Part shown: positions 28,445 to 37,502 of the stretch, one piece after another
Layout of the letters: every line of letters starts with the position of its first letter
Numbering within the stretch: the first letter of the stretch is position 1
Source: Spirochaetales bacterium
Lineage (GTDB): Bacteria; Spirochaetota; Spirochaetia; JABEVK01
DNA: 64,000 bases
Assembly: GCA_037142615.1 (NCBI GenBank)
Contig: JBAXAI010000005.1
Coordinates: forward strand, 64,001-128,000
Direction: 5' to 3'
The notes under the pieces: generated by a model
The model's database searches: none
What the model saw: the letters and a program-made list of their open reading frames with translations, nothing else
Told to the model about the DNA's origin: nothing
Program-made: the position numbers and the translations under genes

Positions 28445-28936
28445 ATGGGAATCGAACAGGCCAGGGAACACCTGAGGCGTTTTGGCCGAGACGGCGACAT
28501 TCTGGAATCGCCACAGTCGAGTGCAACGGTAGAACTCGCAGCGCAGGCGTTGGGGGTGGAACCAGCCCGGATCGCCAAGTCGTTGACGTTTCTGGTGCCC
28601 GAAGGGGCCGTGATGGTGGTGGCCGCCGGCGATGTTCGGGTCGACAACGCCAAGTTCAAGGCCCAGTTTGGCGTCAAGGCGAGCATGCTGAATCCCGAGC
28701 AGGTGGTTCGCTTGGTGGGCCATGCGATTGGCGGCGTGTGTCCGTTCGGGGTACTCAAGACGACAAAAGTCTACCTCGACGCGTCGCTCAAGCGCTTCGC
28801 CACCGTGTTCCCTGCGTGCGGGAGCCCGAACTCGTCGATCGAACTGACCTGTGACGAGCTCGAGAGGTTCGCAGAACCCGCAGGCTGGGTGGATGTGGGC
28901 AAACTGTCAGGCGGTGGTGTCGACCACAGTGCCTGA
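28445..28936 (+). CDS. YbaK/EbsC aminoacyl-tRNA editing-domain protein
   Basis: ATVELAAQALGV...IAKSL; GHAIGGVCPFG; FPACGS. Confidence 0.9.
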   Translation: MGIEQAREHLRRFGRDGDILESPQSSATVELAAQALGVEPARIAKSLTFLVPEGAVMVVAAGDVRVDNAKFKAQFGVKASMLNPEQVVRLVGHAIGGVCPFGVLKTTKVYLDASLKRFATVFPACGSPNSSIELTCDELERFAEPAGWVDVGKLSGGGVDHSA

Positions 28937-29065
28937 AGTCGGCGGCAACGGTGCGGGATCGCGGTCACGTTCGGTGGCACGGGTCTCGGTCGTTTCGGAA
29001 TCGCGGGCCGGCGGCGTAGGGCTGATCACTTCAGCACCGGCAGAACCCAAGGATGAAATGTCCAT
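28907..29065 (-). CDS. 52-aa hypothetical small protein
   Basis: Strong RBS AAGAGGGAGG before ATG; MDISSLGS...PPTSGTVVDTTA. Confidence 0.5.
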   Translation of the reverse strand: MDISSLGSAGAEVISPTPPARDSETTETRATERDRDPAPLPPTSGTVVDTTA

Positions 29066-29136
29066 AAGGGCCTCCCTCTTTATTGGAGTATACATCTGCT
29101 TCCCCGGGTTGTCGAATTTGGGTTTACAGTGAAACC

Positions 29137-30096
29137 ATGAAACTCCATATGGTTCGCGACCTGTCGCTCCCCCTGCTGCCCCAACCCGAGTTCCGCGGCG
29201 AGTTTGTTGCGCTGCAACCCAAGCTGCACCGCGAAAGTGCCGAGGTGTTCCTCGACGGCTACCGCGATACTGTCGACTACGAGGGCGAAAGCCTCGACGA
29301 AACCCGCGCCTACCTGGAAGCCGTTTTCGACGCCGAGCATGGCCCGATCCTCCCTACCGCTTCGGCAGGGGTTACCGTCGACGGTCGCTTGGCCTCGCTC
29401 ATTCTGGTCAGTCGTTACCAGGGCCGTGCCTTCATCAGCCATGTCGTTACAGCCAAAGCCTTTGCGGGAAAAGGCCTGGCCAAAGCTCTCCTTCTGCGGG
29501 CCATGGAGGCCGCGCGCGAACTGGGCCTGAAAGAGATCGACCTGTACGTCACCGACGGCAACCCGTCGGTGGCTCTGTACGAGCGACTGGGTTTTGTCGA
29601 GGTGCCGGGTGGCAGCCTGACCGTCGAGCTCAAGTCGTTCCTGACTGCGTTCGAGGCTTCAACGCGGCTGCTGGCGAACTACGTTCAGCAGATTCCCGAA
29701 GCCACCCTCGATGTCAGGAGGTTGCCCGACGCGTGGACGATCCGAGAGCACGTCTACCATGTGGCCAGCCTGCAGCCCATGCTTCTCGGTCGCCTGCAAA
29801 CCATCGCGGCAAGCCCCAAGGCGGTGATGACGCCGTACAACCCCGAGTCGGTCGCCGACAGGGACAAACTGTACCCGTCGGTCGAGCAGGCCCTGACCAC
29901 CTTTGCCGAACTTCGAAGCCAGCAAGTAGCTTTGGTGAAAGCACTTCCGATGGCGGCGTGGACTCACGAGGCCGAACACCCGGAGTACACCCGCTACAAC
30001 CTTGGCATGTTGCTGCACCACATCCTGTTCCACGAGAACTGGCACCTGTACCGCATACAAGAGCTCTGGCTGGCCAAAGAGGTGGGACCAGCCTGA
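29137..30096 (+). CDS. GNAT acetyltransferase fused to a DinB-like domain
   Basis: FAGKGLAKALL / NPSVALYERLGF; WTIREHVYH and HHILFHENWH. Confidence 0.8.
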   Translation: MKLHMVRDLSLPLLPQPEFRGEFVALQPKLHRESAEVFLDGYRDTVDYEGESLDETRAYLEAVFDAEHGPILPTASAGVTVDGRLASLILVSRYQGRAFISHVVTAKAFAGKGLAKALLLRAMEAARELGLKEIDLYVTDGNPSVALYERLGFVEVPGGSLTVELKSFLTAFEASTRLLANYVQQIPEATLDVRRLPDAWTIREHVYHVASLQPMLLGRLQTIAASPKAVMTPYNPESVADRDKLYPSVEQALTTFAELRSQQVALVKALPMAAWTHEAEHPEYTRYNLGMLLHHILFHENWHLYRIQELWLAKEVGPA

Positions 30097-30103
30097 GTCC
30101 GCG

Positions 30104-31111
30104 CTACCACGAGTAGGCGTTGGGCGCCTCGCCTCCGGGTCCGGGGAAAATGGCGTCGAGCTCCTTGAGCGTGGCGTCGTCGAGCGTGATCTCGGTGGCC
30201 CGGATCGACTCTTCGAGCTGAGCAACCGTTCGGGGACCGATGATGGGGGCCGTCACGACGGGATTCGACAGCAACCAGGCCAGAGCCACGGTGGATGGGG
30301 CTTCGCCCAGTTTTTGGCAGAGCGCCTCGTACTTTTCGAGCTTGGGCCGATGCTTTTCGATGTCCTTTTTCATGTCGTCGCTGAGACGGCGACCCTCGGT
30401 GACGCCCTTCAACACGCCGCCCAAGAGGCCACCACCGAGCGGACTCCACGGAATCAGGCCCAGCCCGTAGTGCCGACAGGCGGGAATGACTTCGAGTTCC
30501 AGCATGCGGTTGTTGAGGTGGTAGATGCTTTGCTCGCTGGCCAAGCCCATTTGACCGCGCCTCGAAGCCTCTTGGCAGGCCGTGGCGATGTCCCAGCCGG
30601 CGAAGTTGGAACTGCCGGTGTAAACGATCTTTCCCTGCGCGCTCAAGTTGCCGAAAGCTTCCCAAAGTTCGTCCCAGGCGCAGTTGCGGTCGATGTGATG
30701 CATTTGGTAGAGGTCGATATGGTCGGTCTTCATGCGCGCCAAGCTGCCCTCGGCGTGCTTGCGGATTTTGTAGGCCGACAGCGTGCGGCCGTCGGTGTTC
30801 ACTTCGCGTCGGTTTTCCTGACGTTCGACGGGGTTGTAGACCTTGGTGGCGAGCACCACCGCGTCGCGGCGACCTCCCCCCTGAGCGAACCACCGGCCCA
30901 AAATGAGTTCGGTGTCACCGTGTTGGCCTGGACCGTTGCCTTTGCCGTACACGTCGGCTGTATCGAAGAAGTTGATCCCGAGCTCGAGCGCCTTGTCCAT
31001 GATGGCGAAGCTTTCCTTTTCGTCGGTCTTCCAGCCGAAGTTCATCGTCCCGAGGCAGAGGTTGCTGACCATCACGCCGTGTTTGCCCAAACGTTTGTTC
31101 GCTATCGCCAT
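30104..31111 (-). CDS. Aldo/keto reductase
   Basis: LCLGTMNFG; FFDTADVYG; LATKVY; IDLYQMHH; APIIGPR. Confidence 0.95.
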   Translation of the reverse strand: MAIANKRLGKHGVMVSNLCLGTMNFGWKTDEKESFAIMDKALELGINFFDTADVYGKGNGPGQHGDTELILGRWFAQGGGRRDAVVLATKVYNPVERQENRREVNTDGRTLSAYKIRKHAEGSLARMKTDHIDLYQMHHIDRNCAWDELWEAFGNLSAQGKIVYTGSSNFAGWDIATACQEASRRGQMGLASEQSIYHLNNRMLELEVIPACRHYGLGLIPWSPLGGGLLGGVLKGVTEGRRLSDDMKKDIEKHRPKLEKYEALCQKLGEAPSTVALAWLLSNPVVTAPIIGPRTVAQLEESIRATEITLDDATLKELDAIFPGPGGEAPNAYSW

Positions 31112-31170
31112 TTTGTTCTCCTGAACCTTCATTGCACACCGGCAGGCGGAATTATGCTAGCTTGTGTGCC

Positions 31171-31890
31171 ATGAAATCTTCTCAAGCCGTTTCGCCTTTG
31201 TGGCACGACGTCACCGGTGCGCTGCGGGCCAACTTCCTTCCTGGCGTCGTGCTGTGGTTGCTGGCCTGCACGGTGGTCGGTTCGTACTTCCTGTGGGACC
31301 AAGCCCGACCGTTCTTCGACACGCTGGGGGCCTGGAAGTCGGGCGGTGGCTTTTTATACAGCATCGTAGCGACCAGTATTTTCGCGGGGCTGATTCCTTG
31401 GGTGGTGCTTCGGTTGCTGCCGGGAACCCGCTCGCAGGCCACCGCGAGTTCGCTGGTGTTTCTGGTGGTGTTTTGGGCCTACCGTGGGCTCGAGATGGAC
31501 GCGTTTTACCGCCTGCAAGGCCTGATGTTCGGCAACGACGGGTCGCTGGGGTCGATCGCCGCCAAGGTGCTGTTTGATCAGTTTGTGTACAACGTGTTTT
31601 GGGCCGGTGGGTATCAGTTGCTGGCCTATCACTGGAAGGACTCGGGCTTCCGTTTGAGTGCCTTTCGTGGCTACGACTGGAAAGGCCTGCTTTCGCATCG
31701 GCTCCCGGTGCTGCTGGTCTCCACCTGGCTGGTGTGGTTTCCTGTGGCGGCGCTGATGTACAGCCTGCCCGCCGACCTACAGATTCCTGTCTTCAATCTG
31801 GTGGCGTGCTTTTGGTCGCTGGTGGTGGCCACGCTCACCAAACCGAAGGCTTCGGCGGCACCAAAGGAGCGGGCTATTCCCAGCGAATAG
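31171..31890 (+). CDS. Integral membrane protein, Mpv17/PMP22-like
   Basis: KVLFDQFVY ... WLVWFP ... YSLP ... NLVACFW pattern. Confidence 0.6.
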   Translation: MKSSQAVSPLWHDVTGALRANFLPGVVLWLLACTVVGSYFLWDQARPFFDTLGAWKSGGGFLYSIVATSIFAGLIPWVVLRLLPGTRSQATASSLVFLVVFWAYRGLEMDAFYRLQGLMFGNDGSLGSIAAKVLFDQFVYNVFWAGGYQLLAYHWKDSGFRLSAFRGYDWKGLLSHRLPVLLVSTWLVWFPVAALMYSLPADLQIPVFNLVACFWSLVVATLTKPKASAAPKERAIPSE

Positions 31891-32458
31891 CCCGGCATTC
31901 CGCGTTCCCCATGGGCGGAATCGAGCGGTGCTGACGCGGTGGCAGTCCTGCGGCGCGGGCCAGCAGAATCTGCAGCACGTCGCCATGGCTGACCAAGACG
32001 ACGTCGGGGCCCTTGCCGGGGCCGGTGAGTCTGCTGGGGTCAGACCTCAGCCAAGCGAGCAACTGATCGAGCCTCGAGCAAACCTGTTCCACTGTTTCGA
32101 CGCCCGGGTAGTCGGTTCCTGCGGCATCGTGGTCCCAAACGGACTGGTACGAAGCGGAGGTCTGTCCCTCGAGGGGCCCGAAGTTGCGCTCGCGAAGCAG
32201 GCCTGCCAGTTCCGGTGGTGTTTCTGGAGCGGGCAACCCTAACCGCGCGGCCAAGGTTTCGGCCGTTTCGCGGGCGCGGCGAAAGTCGCTGGTGACGATC
32301 AGGAGACGTGGCGAACTTCCCCAAGGCAAAGCCGCGTCGCGCACCTGCTGAAAGCCCCGGTCGCTGAGGCCGAAGCCCGGCACCGAAGTAACCGGGTCGC
32401 AAGCGATGACTCCCGCCACATTCGCGAGGCTCTCGGCGTGCCGAAACGCGTAGAACAA
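31874..32458 (-). CDS. Histidine phosphatase (phosphoglycerate-mutase family)
   Basis: RHAES; TSDFRRARETA; LRERNFG; LVSHGD. Confidence 0.9.
   Translation of the reverse strand: MFYAFRHAESLANVAGVIACDPVTSVPGFGLSDRGFQQVRDAALPWGSSPRLLIVTSDFRRARETAETLAARLGLPAPETPPELAGLLRERNFGPLEGQTSASYQSVWDHDAAGTDYPGVETVEQVCSRLDQLLAWLRSDPSRLTGPGKGPDVVLVSHGDVLQILLARAAGLPPRQHRSIPPMGNAECRAIRWE
32036..32168. repeat. Inverted pair of GGG(G)WCAGACCTC motifs inside the phosphatase gene
   Basis: GGGGTCAGACCTC at 32036-32048 and GGAGGTCTGTCCC at 32156-32168. Confidence 0.65.
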
Positions 32459-32459
32459 C

Positions 32460-33626
32460 CTAGAACGCGGCCTCGAGAAGCGCCAGCAAGTCGGCTTTGC
32501 TCAGTTCGACCGGGTTGGTGAGCAGGCTGCCGTCCATCCAAGCGCGCTCGACGACGGCAGGCAACTGGTCACGCGTCACCCCGGCTTGAGCCAACGTCGA
32601 GGGCAGGCCCGCGTACTTGCGCAACGCCACCAAAAAGGCCTCGAGCGAGTCGAGGAAATCGGGCAACTCGGCAGCAGCCAGCTCGGGCGACCACAACCGG
32701 GCCAACTCGGCCAGCTCGGCCTCGATGGCGGGGCGGTTGTGACGCAGCACGGGCAACAGCAGCAACTCCATCGTCAGGCCGTGGGCCAGATGGGCCACCG
32801 CGCCCAGTCCATGGCCGAGGGCATGCACCGCGCCCACCATCGAGTTCGAAAACGACACCCCGGCCAGGTAGGCCGCCAACGCCATCGCGTGGCGGGAATC
32901 CTGATCGCCAGGATTCAGGATGGCATTTTCCAGGTGATCGCGGACCAACTCGATGGCCGCCAAGGCGTGCACCCGGCTCAAAGGGTTGGCCTGGCGGCAG
33001 GTGAGGGCTTCCAGGCTATGCGTCAGCGCGTCGATTCCCGTGGCCGCCGTGATCTTGGCCGGCAACGTGGTGGTGCAACGCGGGTCGAGGATGGCCGTCT
33101 GCGGCAACATGCGGGGCGTGACGAGTTCCATTTTGACGTGCTTGTCGTCGTGGGTGACCACCGCCACCGTTGTGCCCTCGCTCCCGGTCCCGGCCGTGGT
33201 GGGAACCAGCACAAAAGGCACCACCGGCCCGTGGAAGTCATGGAACCCCTCGACCCCGGCAAACTCCTTGGCACCCGAAGAGATGACCAACAGTGCGGCC
33301 TTGGCCGTGTCGAGGGTAGAACCACCGCCGATCGCGAGCAGCCCGTCGCAGCCCTTTTCGCGGTACAGCTCGGCGGCTGCCATCACCCGGCTCATGGGGG
33401 CATCGGCCGGCAGGTCGGTAAACAGCGCTCCAGGAACCACTTCGCCCTGCTCGAGCAGGCGGTCAATCAGGGCAGGCAGGCCCGTGACTGAAAGACCTGG
33501 GTCGCGGAGCACCAGCGGCCGCCGACAGCCGAGAGCTTTCAGTTCGTGGGGCAGGTGGTCGAGCGCGCCCGTACCGGCGAGCAGCCGAGGCGGCGAGGTG
33601 AACTCAAAATAGGGGGGCAGTTTCAT
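32460..33626 (-). CDS. Iron-containing alcohol dehydrogenase
   Basis: GGGSTLDTAK; PTTAGTGSE; DALTHSLE; VHALGH; LAHG. Confidence 0.92.
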   Translation of the reverse strand: MKLPPYFEFTSPPRLLAGTGALDHLPHELKALGCRRPLVLRDPGLSVTGLPALIDRLLEQGEVVPGALFTDLPADAPMSRVMAAAELYREKGCDGLLAIGGGSTLDTAKAALLVISSGAKEFAGVEGFHDFHGPVVPFVLVPTTAGTGSEGTTVAVVTHDDKHVKMELVTPRMLPQTAILDPRCTTTLPAKITAATGIDALTHSLEALTCRQANPLSRVHALAAIELVRDHLENAILNPGDQDSRHAMALAAYLAGVSFSNSMVGAVHALGHGLGAVAHLAHGLTMELLLLPVLRHNRPAIEAELAELARLWSPELAAAELPDFLDSLEAFLVALRKYAGLPSTLAQAGVTRDQLPAVVERAWMDGSLLTNPVELSKADLLALLEAAF

Positions 33627-34123
33627 GCGATACCTTCCTTGCGGGGAAACAACAGTTGGCCGACCGCCCCAGCCCAGGTTCCGGGCAAGGTGAGGTGGCG
33701 GGACGGAAGCGGGCCGATGGGTTTGGTCCACCAGCGGGGGAACAGGTGCGACTCGACGAGGTTCACCGCGCGCACCAGGGGCAACGTGACCATCAGGTCA
33801 CCGCGCACGATGACCCGGTTTTCGAGAAAGGCCCTGGTGACACTCTGCCGACCCAGGAGCGCAAGCAAAGCCGAACGGTGGCTCTTGAACACGACCTCGA
33901 CGAGCCGGGGCCCCAGTGGTCGGGCCGGAACCGAGGCCCAGCCGTCCGCGTCGTGGGCCAGGCACAACACAGGCCCCCCGTCCCAAGCGCGGATCTGCAG
34001 GGCATAACCCACCGGATACGCCGTCAACTCGTCTTGCATGCGGGGGTCCTTGCGCCCGAGAACGAGCACACCGGCTCCCAGAAACTTCAAAACAACCGAA
34101 GCGGTCAGGCTGGAAATACTCAA
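33623..34123 (-). CDS. Hypothetical protein (SCP2-like lipid-binding fold possible)
   Basis: Overlaps the neighbouring start and stop codons; AFLENRVIVRGDL; start uncertain. Confidence 0.55.
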   Translation of the reverse strand: MSISSLTASVVLKFLGAGVLVLGRKDPRMQDELTAYPVGYALQIRAWDGGPVLCLAHDADGWASVPARPLGPRLVEVVFKSHRSALLALLGRQSVTRAFLENRVIVRGDLMVTLPLVRAVNLVESHLFPRWWTKPIGPLPSRHLTLPGTWAGAVGQLLFPRKEGIA

Positions 34124-35178
34124 AAGGCCCTCTGATATTGAACGGGTGCCCAATGCTTGGCATCGGGCGCGTGGCGGAGCGGGAAGTAGGGGTCCCGCAA
34201 CAACTGGCGCCCCATCAGGATGGCGTCAGCCTCTCCAGCCGTCAAGATCTTTTCTGCTTGGTCCACCGCAGTGATCAACCCCACCGTTCCTGTGGCCAGA
34301 CCTGTCTCGCGCCTTATCCGGGCCGCCAGCGGCACCTGATAACCCGGCCCCACGGGGATTTTTGCCCCGGGAACCAGCCCACCCGACGAAACATCGACAA
34401 AGTCGACCCCTTCGGCCTTTAGCAACTTCAGCAGTTCGATGGTTTCTTCGAGCGTCCAGCCGCCTTCGACCCAGTCGGTGGCCGACACGCGGATCAGCAC
34501 GGGAAAGGTCGCCGGGACTTCCTTGCGGATGGCGCGCACCACCTCGAGGACAAACCGGAACCGCTTGTCGCGGGTACCGCCCCAGTCGTCGGTGCGTGTG
34601 TTGGTCAACGGCGACAGGAATTGGTGCACCAGGTAGCCGTGGGCCCCGTGAAGCTCGACGGTGTCAAAACCCGCCTGAACCGCTCGGCGTGCCGCTGCAG
34701 CGAACGAAGCGATCACGGCCCACAGCCCGGCCTCGTCGAGCGAGCGCGGTGCCGAATACCCTTCGAACGGCTGGTCGGTACACGAAACCGTGGTCCAGCC
34801 GCCCTGCTCGGCAACTACCGAGCCCGAGCCCAGCCAAGGAACATAGGTCGATGCCTTGCGGCCCGCGTGGGCCAATTGGACACCGATTTTGGCACCGGCC
34901 GCGTGGACGGCGGCGACCAGTGGCCCCAACGCGTCGCGCTGGGCATCGTTCCAAAGGCCCAAGTCGGCGGGAGTGATCCGCCCTGCAGGGTCCACGGCTG
35001 TCGCTTCGACGAGGGCCAGGCCGACACCTCCGACAGCTCTTTCGGCGTAATGGCGCAGATGCCAGGGCTGAACCAGCCCGTCAACGGCCGAATACTGGCA
35101 CATCGGCGACAAAAACAGACGGTTGCGAACTTCGAGGCCACGCAAGGTCAACGGAGAATAAAGCGTCGGGTTTTCCAT
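34120..35178 (-). CDS. NADH:flavin oxidoreductase (old yellow enzyme, YqjM/NamA-like)
   Basis: SPMCQYSA; QLAHAGRKAS; HGAHGYL..QFLSP; GRQLLRDPY. Confidence 0.95.
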   Translation of the reverse strand: MENPTLYSPLTLRGLEVRNRLFLSPMCQYSAVDGLVQPWHLRHYAERAVGGVGLALVEATAVDPAGRITPADLGLWNDAQRDALGPLVAAVHAAGAKIGVQLAHAGRKASTYVPWLGSGSVVAEQGGWTTVSCTDQPFEGYSAPRSLDEAGLWAVIASFAAAARRAVQAGFDTVELHGAHGYLVHQFLSPLTNTRTDDWGGTRDKRFRFVLEVVRAIRKEVPATFPVLIRVSATDWVEGGWTLEETIELLKLLKAEGVDFVDVSSGGLVPGAKIPVGPGYQVPLAARIRRETGLATGTVGLITAVDQAEKILTAGEADAILMGRQLLRDPYFPLRHAPDAKHWAPVQYQRAF

Positions 35179-35237
35179 GGATTAAGAGTCCGCCTAAACG
35201 CGGAGAATGTCCATTCCCTTTCTGGGCCCCGTAGACG

Positions 35238-36278
35238 TCAGCGCCTTGCCAAGATTCCCGACTCGACGAGCGCCACCACTTCGTCCGCCAGCGGTGACGA
35301 GAACAAAACCTGATCGACCGCGAGCAGGTGGCTGTCCCAAATGTCCGGATTGCTTCCCGAGTCTTCAAACTGGTACACCGAGCGGCAGTAGTCGATCTCA
35401 AACAAGTTGCTGCGCGGATCGTAGGTGACAACCAGTGGTAGGAGTTGCAGGAAGACCGGCATATCGAAAAGGTCCATGCCCGCCAGTTGGGGGTGGAGGT
35501 TGGCGTCAAGGTGGCGGTAGTAAACCAGCTGGACCTCGTTCCCGCGTTTCTGAAGGTCCAGCGCCAGCGACGCCAACTTGGCGGTCATTTCGGCCAGCGG
35601 GTCCTCGAAGTCGGCACTGAAGTGACGCCACTCCCCGGTGCTGAGCGCCAGATACTGCAGCGCCTCGGTGGCCATTTCGATCTTGTAGTCAAAACGCGCG
35701 TGCCCGGGGGCAAAGTACCCCGGATAAAACCATTGCAGACCGAAGCCACGGCACCACTGCATTTTGCAGTAGATCAAGTACTTTCCCAGACTGTATTTAC
35801 GGTAGTCTGGGTCGTAGAAACTGGTGATTCCTGCGGCGGAGTCTTTGCCCAGGTCGAACACCCCGGCCGCGATGAGCTTGTCGCCGTCGTACAGGTTGAT
35901 CTCTTGCGTCTGGAACCGGGAGCTGCGGTGGCGGCCAAAGAGCAGCGACTGCAAGGTGGGCGAAACCTCAAACTCCAGCCCGTGTCGGTAGCGCTGAAAA
36001 AGTGCTTCGTGCGCGCCCGAAGTGGCCTTGGAGTCAGCAACGGCGAACTCGACGCGGAAGGCTTTGTTTCGCTTGGCGAGTTCGGCGAACTTACGGTCCC
36101 CGGACCAAGCAGCCAGGTCAACTCGCAACCACAGGGCGCTATGAAAGCGGTCGGCAAACTCCAGAAAGTGGGTGGTAAACACGTTTTGCCGCATGCGGAA
36201 CCAACCGTGAGCCCAGTACGCGTCGAGTTGCTCGGGGCTGAGAGACGTCAGTTGGTCTCGGTGCGAAAAAGGCGTCAT
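35238..36278 (-). CDS. Aminoacyl-tRNA-protein transferase (ATE/Bpt family)
   Basis: LDAYWAHGWFR; LFQRY; FYDPDYRKYSLG; WFYPGY...FDYK. Confidence 0.8.
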   Translation of the reverse strand: MTPFSHRDQLTSLSPEQLDAYWAHGWFRMRQNVFTTHFLEFADRFHSALWLRVDLAAWSGDRKFAELAKRNKAFRVEFAVADSKATSGAHEALFQRYRHGLEFEVSPTLQSLLFGRHRSSRFQTQEINLYDGDKLIAAGVFDLGKDSAAGITSFYDPDYRKYSLGKYLIYCKMQWCRGFGLQWFYPGYFAPGHARFDYKIEMATEALQYLALSTGEWRHFSADFEDPLAEMTAKLASLALDLQKRGNEVQLVYYRHLDANLHPQLAGMDLFDMPVFLQLLPLVVTYDPRSNLFEIDYCRSVYQFEDSGSNPDIWDSHLLAVDQVLFSSPLADEVVALVESGILARR

Positions 36279-36296
36279 GGCTTTCAGTGTAACCGT

Positions 36297-36704
36297 TCAG
36301 GCAAGAATACTCCATTTCAAGGGGGTCAGACGCGCGCTTGCCCCTCCAAGGTCCCTGGCTTCGCAAGCTCCGTGACCACCGCTATGGAAGTGAAAGCGGA
36401 CCTCGGTTTGCGACGACCTTCGATGGACGATTGTTTCGGCGTCACCGAACTCTCCGCGCTCGAGCGTGAAGCCGGCATACTGAAGTTCTTTCACGCCTTC
36501 CAGATTCTCAATCACGAGGTGACTCCGATCAAAAGACCGGAAGCGGGTCAATTGTTGTTTTTCGTGGCAGTAGACCAGGACGAAGAGGTCCGAGTCCACC
36601 TCGGCGAGGACGCGCATCTCGTTGGTGGTGGCAGGAGTGAGCAGGACCAGATAGCTCAAAAGAATCTTGTCAGAGGCGGCACTGGGCAAACAGGACTCCC
36701 CCAC
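36297..36704 (-). CDS. Hypothetical protein
   Basis: Fills the intergenic gap; no recognisable motif. Confidence 0.3.
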   Translation of the reverse strand: MGESCLPSAASDKILLSYLVLLTPATTNEMRVLAEVDSDLFVLVYCHEKQQLTRFRSFDRSHLVIENLEGVKELQYAGFTLERGEFGDAETIVHRRSSQTEVRFHFHSGGHGACEARDLGGASARLTPLKWSILA

Positions 36705-36851
36705 AAAAGTGGAAGATTTCCGTGCACTCTACGCCATGCAACACCGATTTCCACCTCGTTGTTGACAGTCTAGCACAGATTCACCCAACCTGTCACGGCG
36801 TGACTTCTTGTGCTGAGTCGACTAAGCTGATACCCGAAAGGAGGCCGTAGA

Positions 36852-37490
36852 ATGACAATTGTCGCGCTGGGTGCCCACCCTGATGACCTGGAACTGTCGA
36901 TGCTGGGGACACTGATCAAGTACCGCGAGCAGGGTCATGCGGTGTACCCGGTCGTTTTCACCGATGGCCGACGGACGGGAACGCCCCCTGCTGAACACGT
37001 TGAGCTTCGGCGGGCCGAGACCCTCGCCGCGTTTGCCCTCGTCGGCTTGGAACCGACGCTGCTGGGTTTTCCCAACGGAGCCACGTTGTACGACAGCGAG
37101 GTGTTCCGGTCGATCGACGACCTGTTTGCCAAATGGCACCCGGAGGTGATTCTCACCCATGCTCTCGACGATTATCACCCCGAGCACCGCCTGCTGGGGC
37201 GGGTGGTCACCGATGCCGCGTGGGCGCCCGTGTTTTTTGCCGACACCATGGGAGGCATCGACTTTCAACCCGACGCGTACGTCGATATCAGCGCCCAGTT
37301 TGAGCTCAAACGACAGGCGCTGTTGCAACACCGTTCGCAGAATGCTGAGAATCTGGTGCGGATTGCCGAGATTCAGAACCGCTTCCGTGGCCTGCAGTGC
37401 GATTTCAAGGGCAAAGTGGCCTACGCTGAAGGTTTCCGCCTCTTTCGCCGCATCGGCAGCATGAGGGCGTATCAACTTTTGCCGCAGTGA
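36852..37490 (+). CDS. PIG-L/LmbE-family deacetylase
   Basis: GAHPDD; DDYHPEH; YVDIS..K..AL..H.SQ; AEGF; AAAGGAGG RBS. Confidence 0.9.
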   Translation: MTIVALGAHPDDLELSMLGTLIKYREQGHAVYPVVFTDGRRTGTPPAEHVELRRAETLAAFALVGLEPTLLGFPNGATLYDSEVFRSIDDLFAKWHPEVILTHALDDYHPEHRLLGRVVTDAAWAPVFFADTMGGIDFQPDAYVDISAQFELKRQALLQHRSQNAENLVRIAEIQNRFRGLQCDFKGKVAYAEGFRLFRRIGSMRAYQLLPQ

Positions 37491-37502
37491 GGCAAGCCTG
37501 AC

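Noticed and set aside
36684-36720. GGGCAAAC suggesting a c-di-GMP-I riboswitch
   Set aside because: The following GAAA-capped stem and ACGCAAA elements are missing
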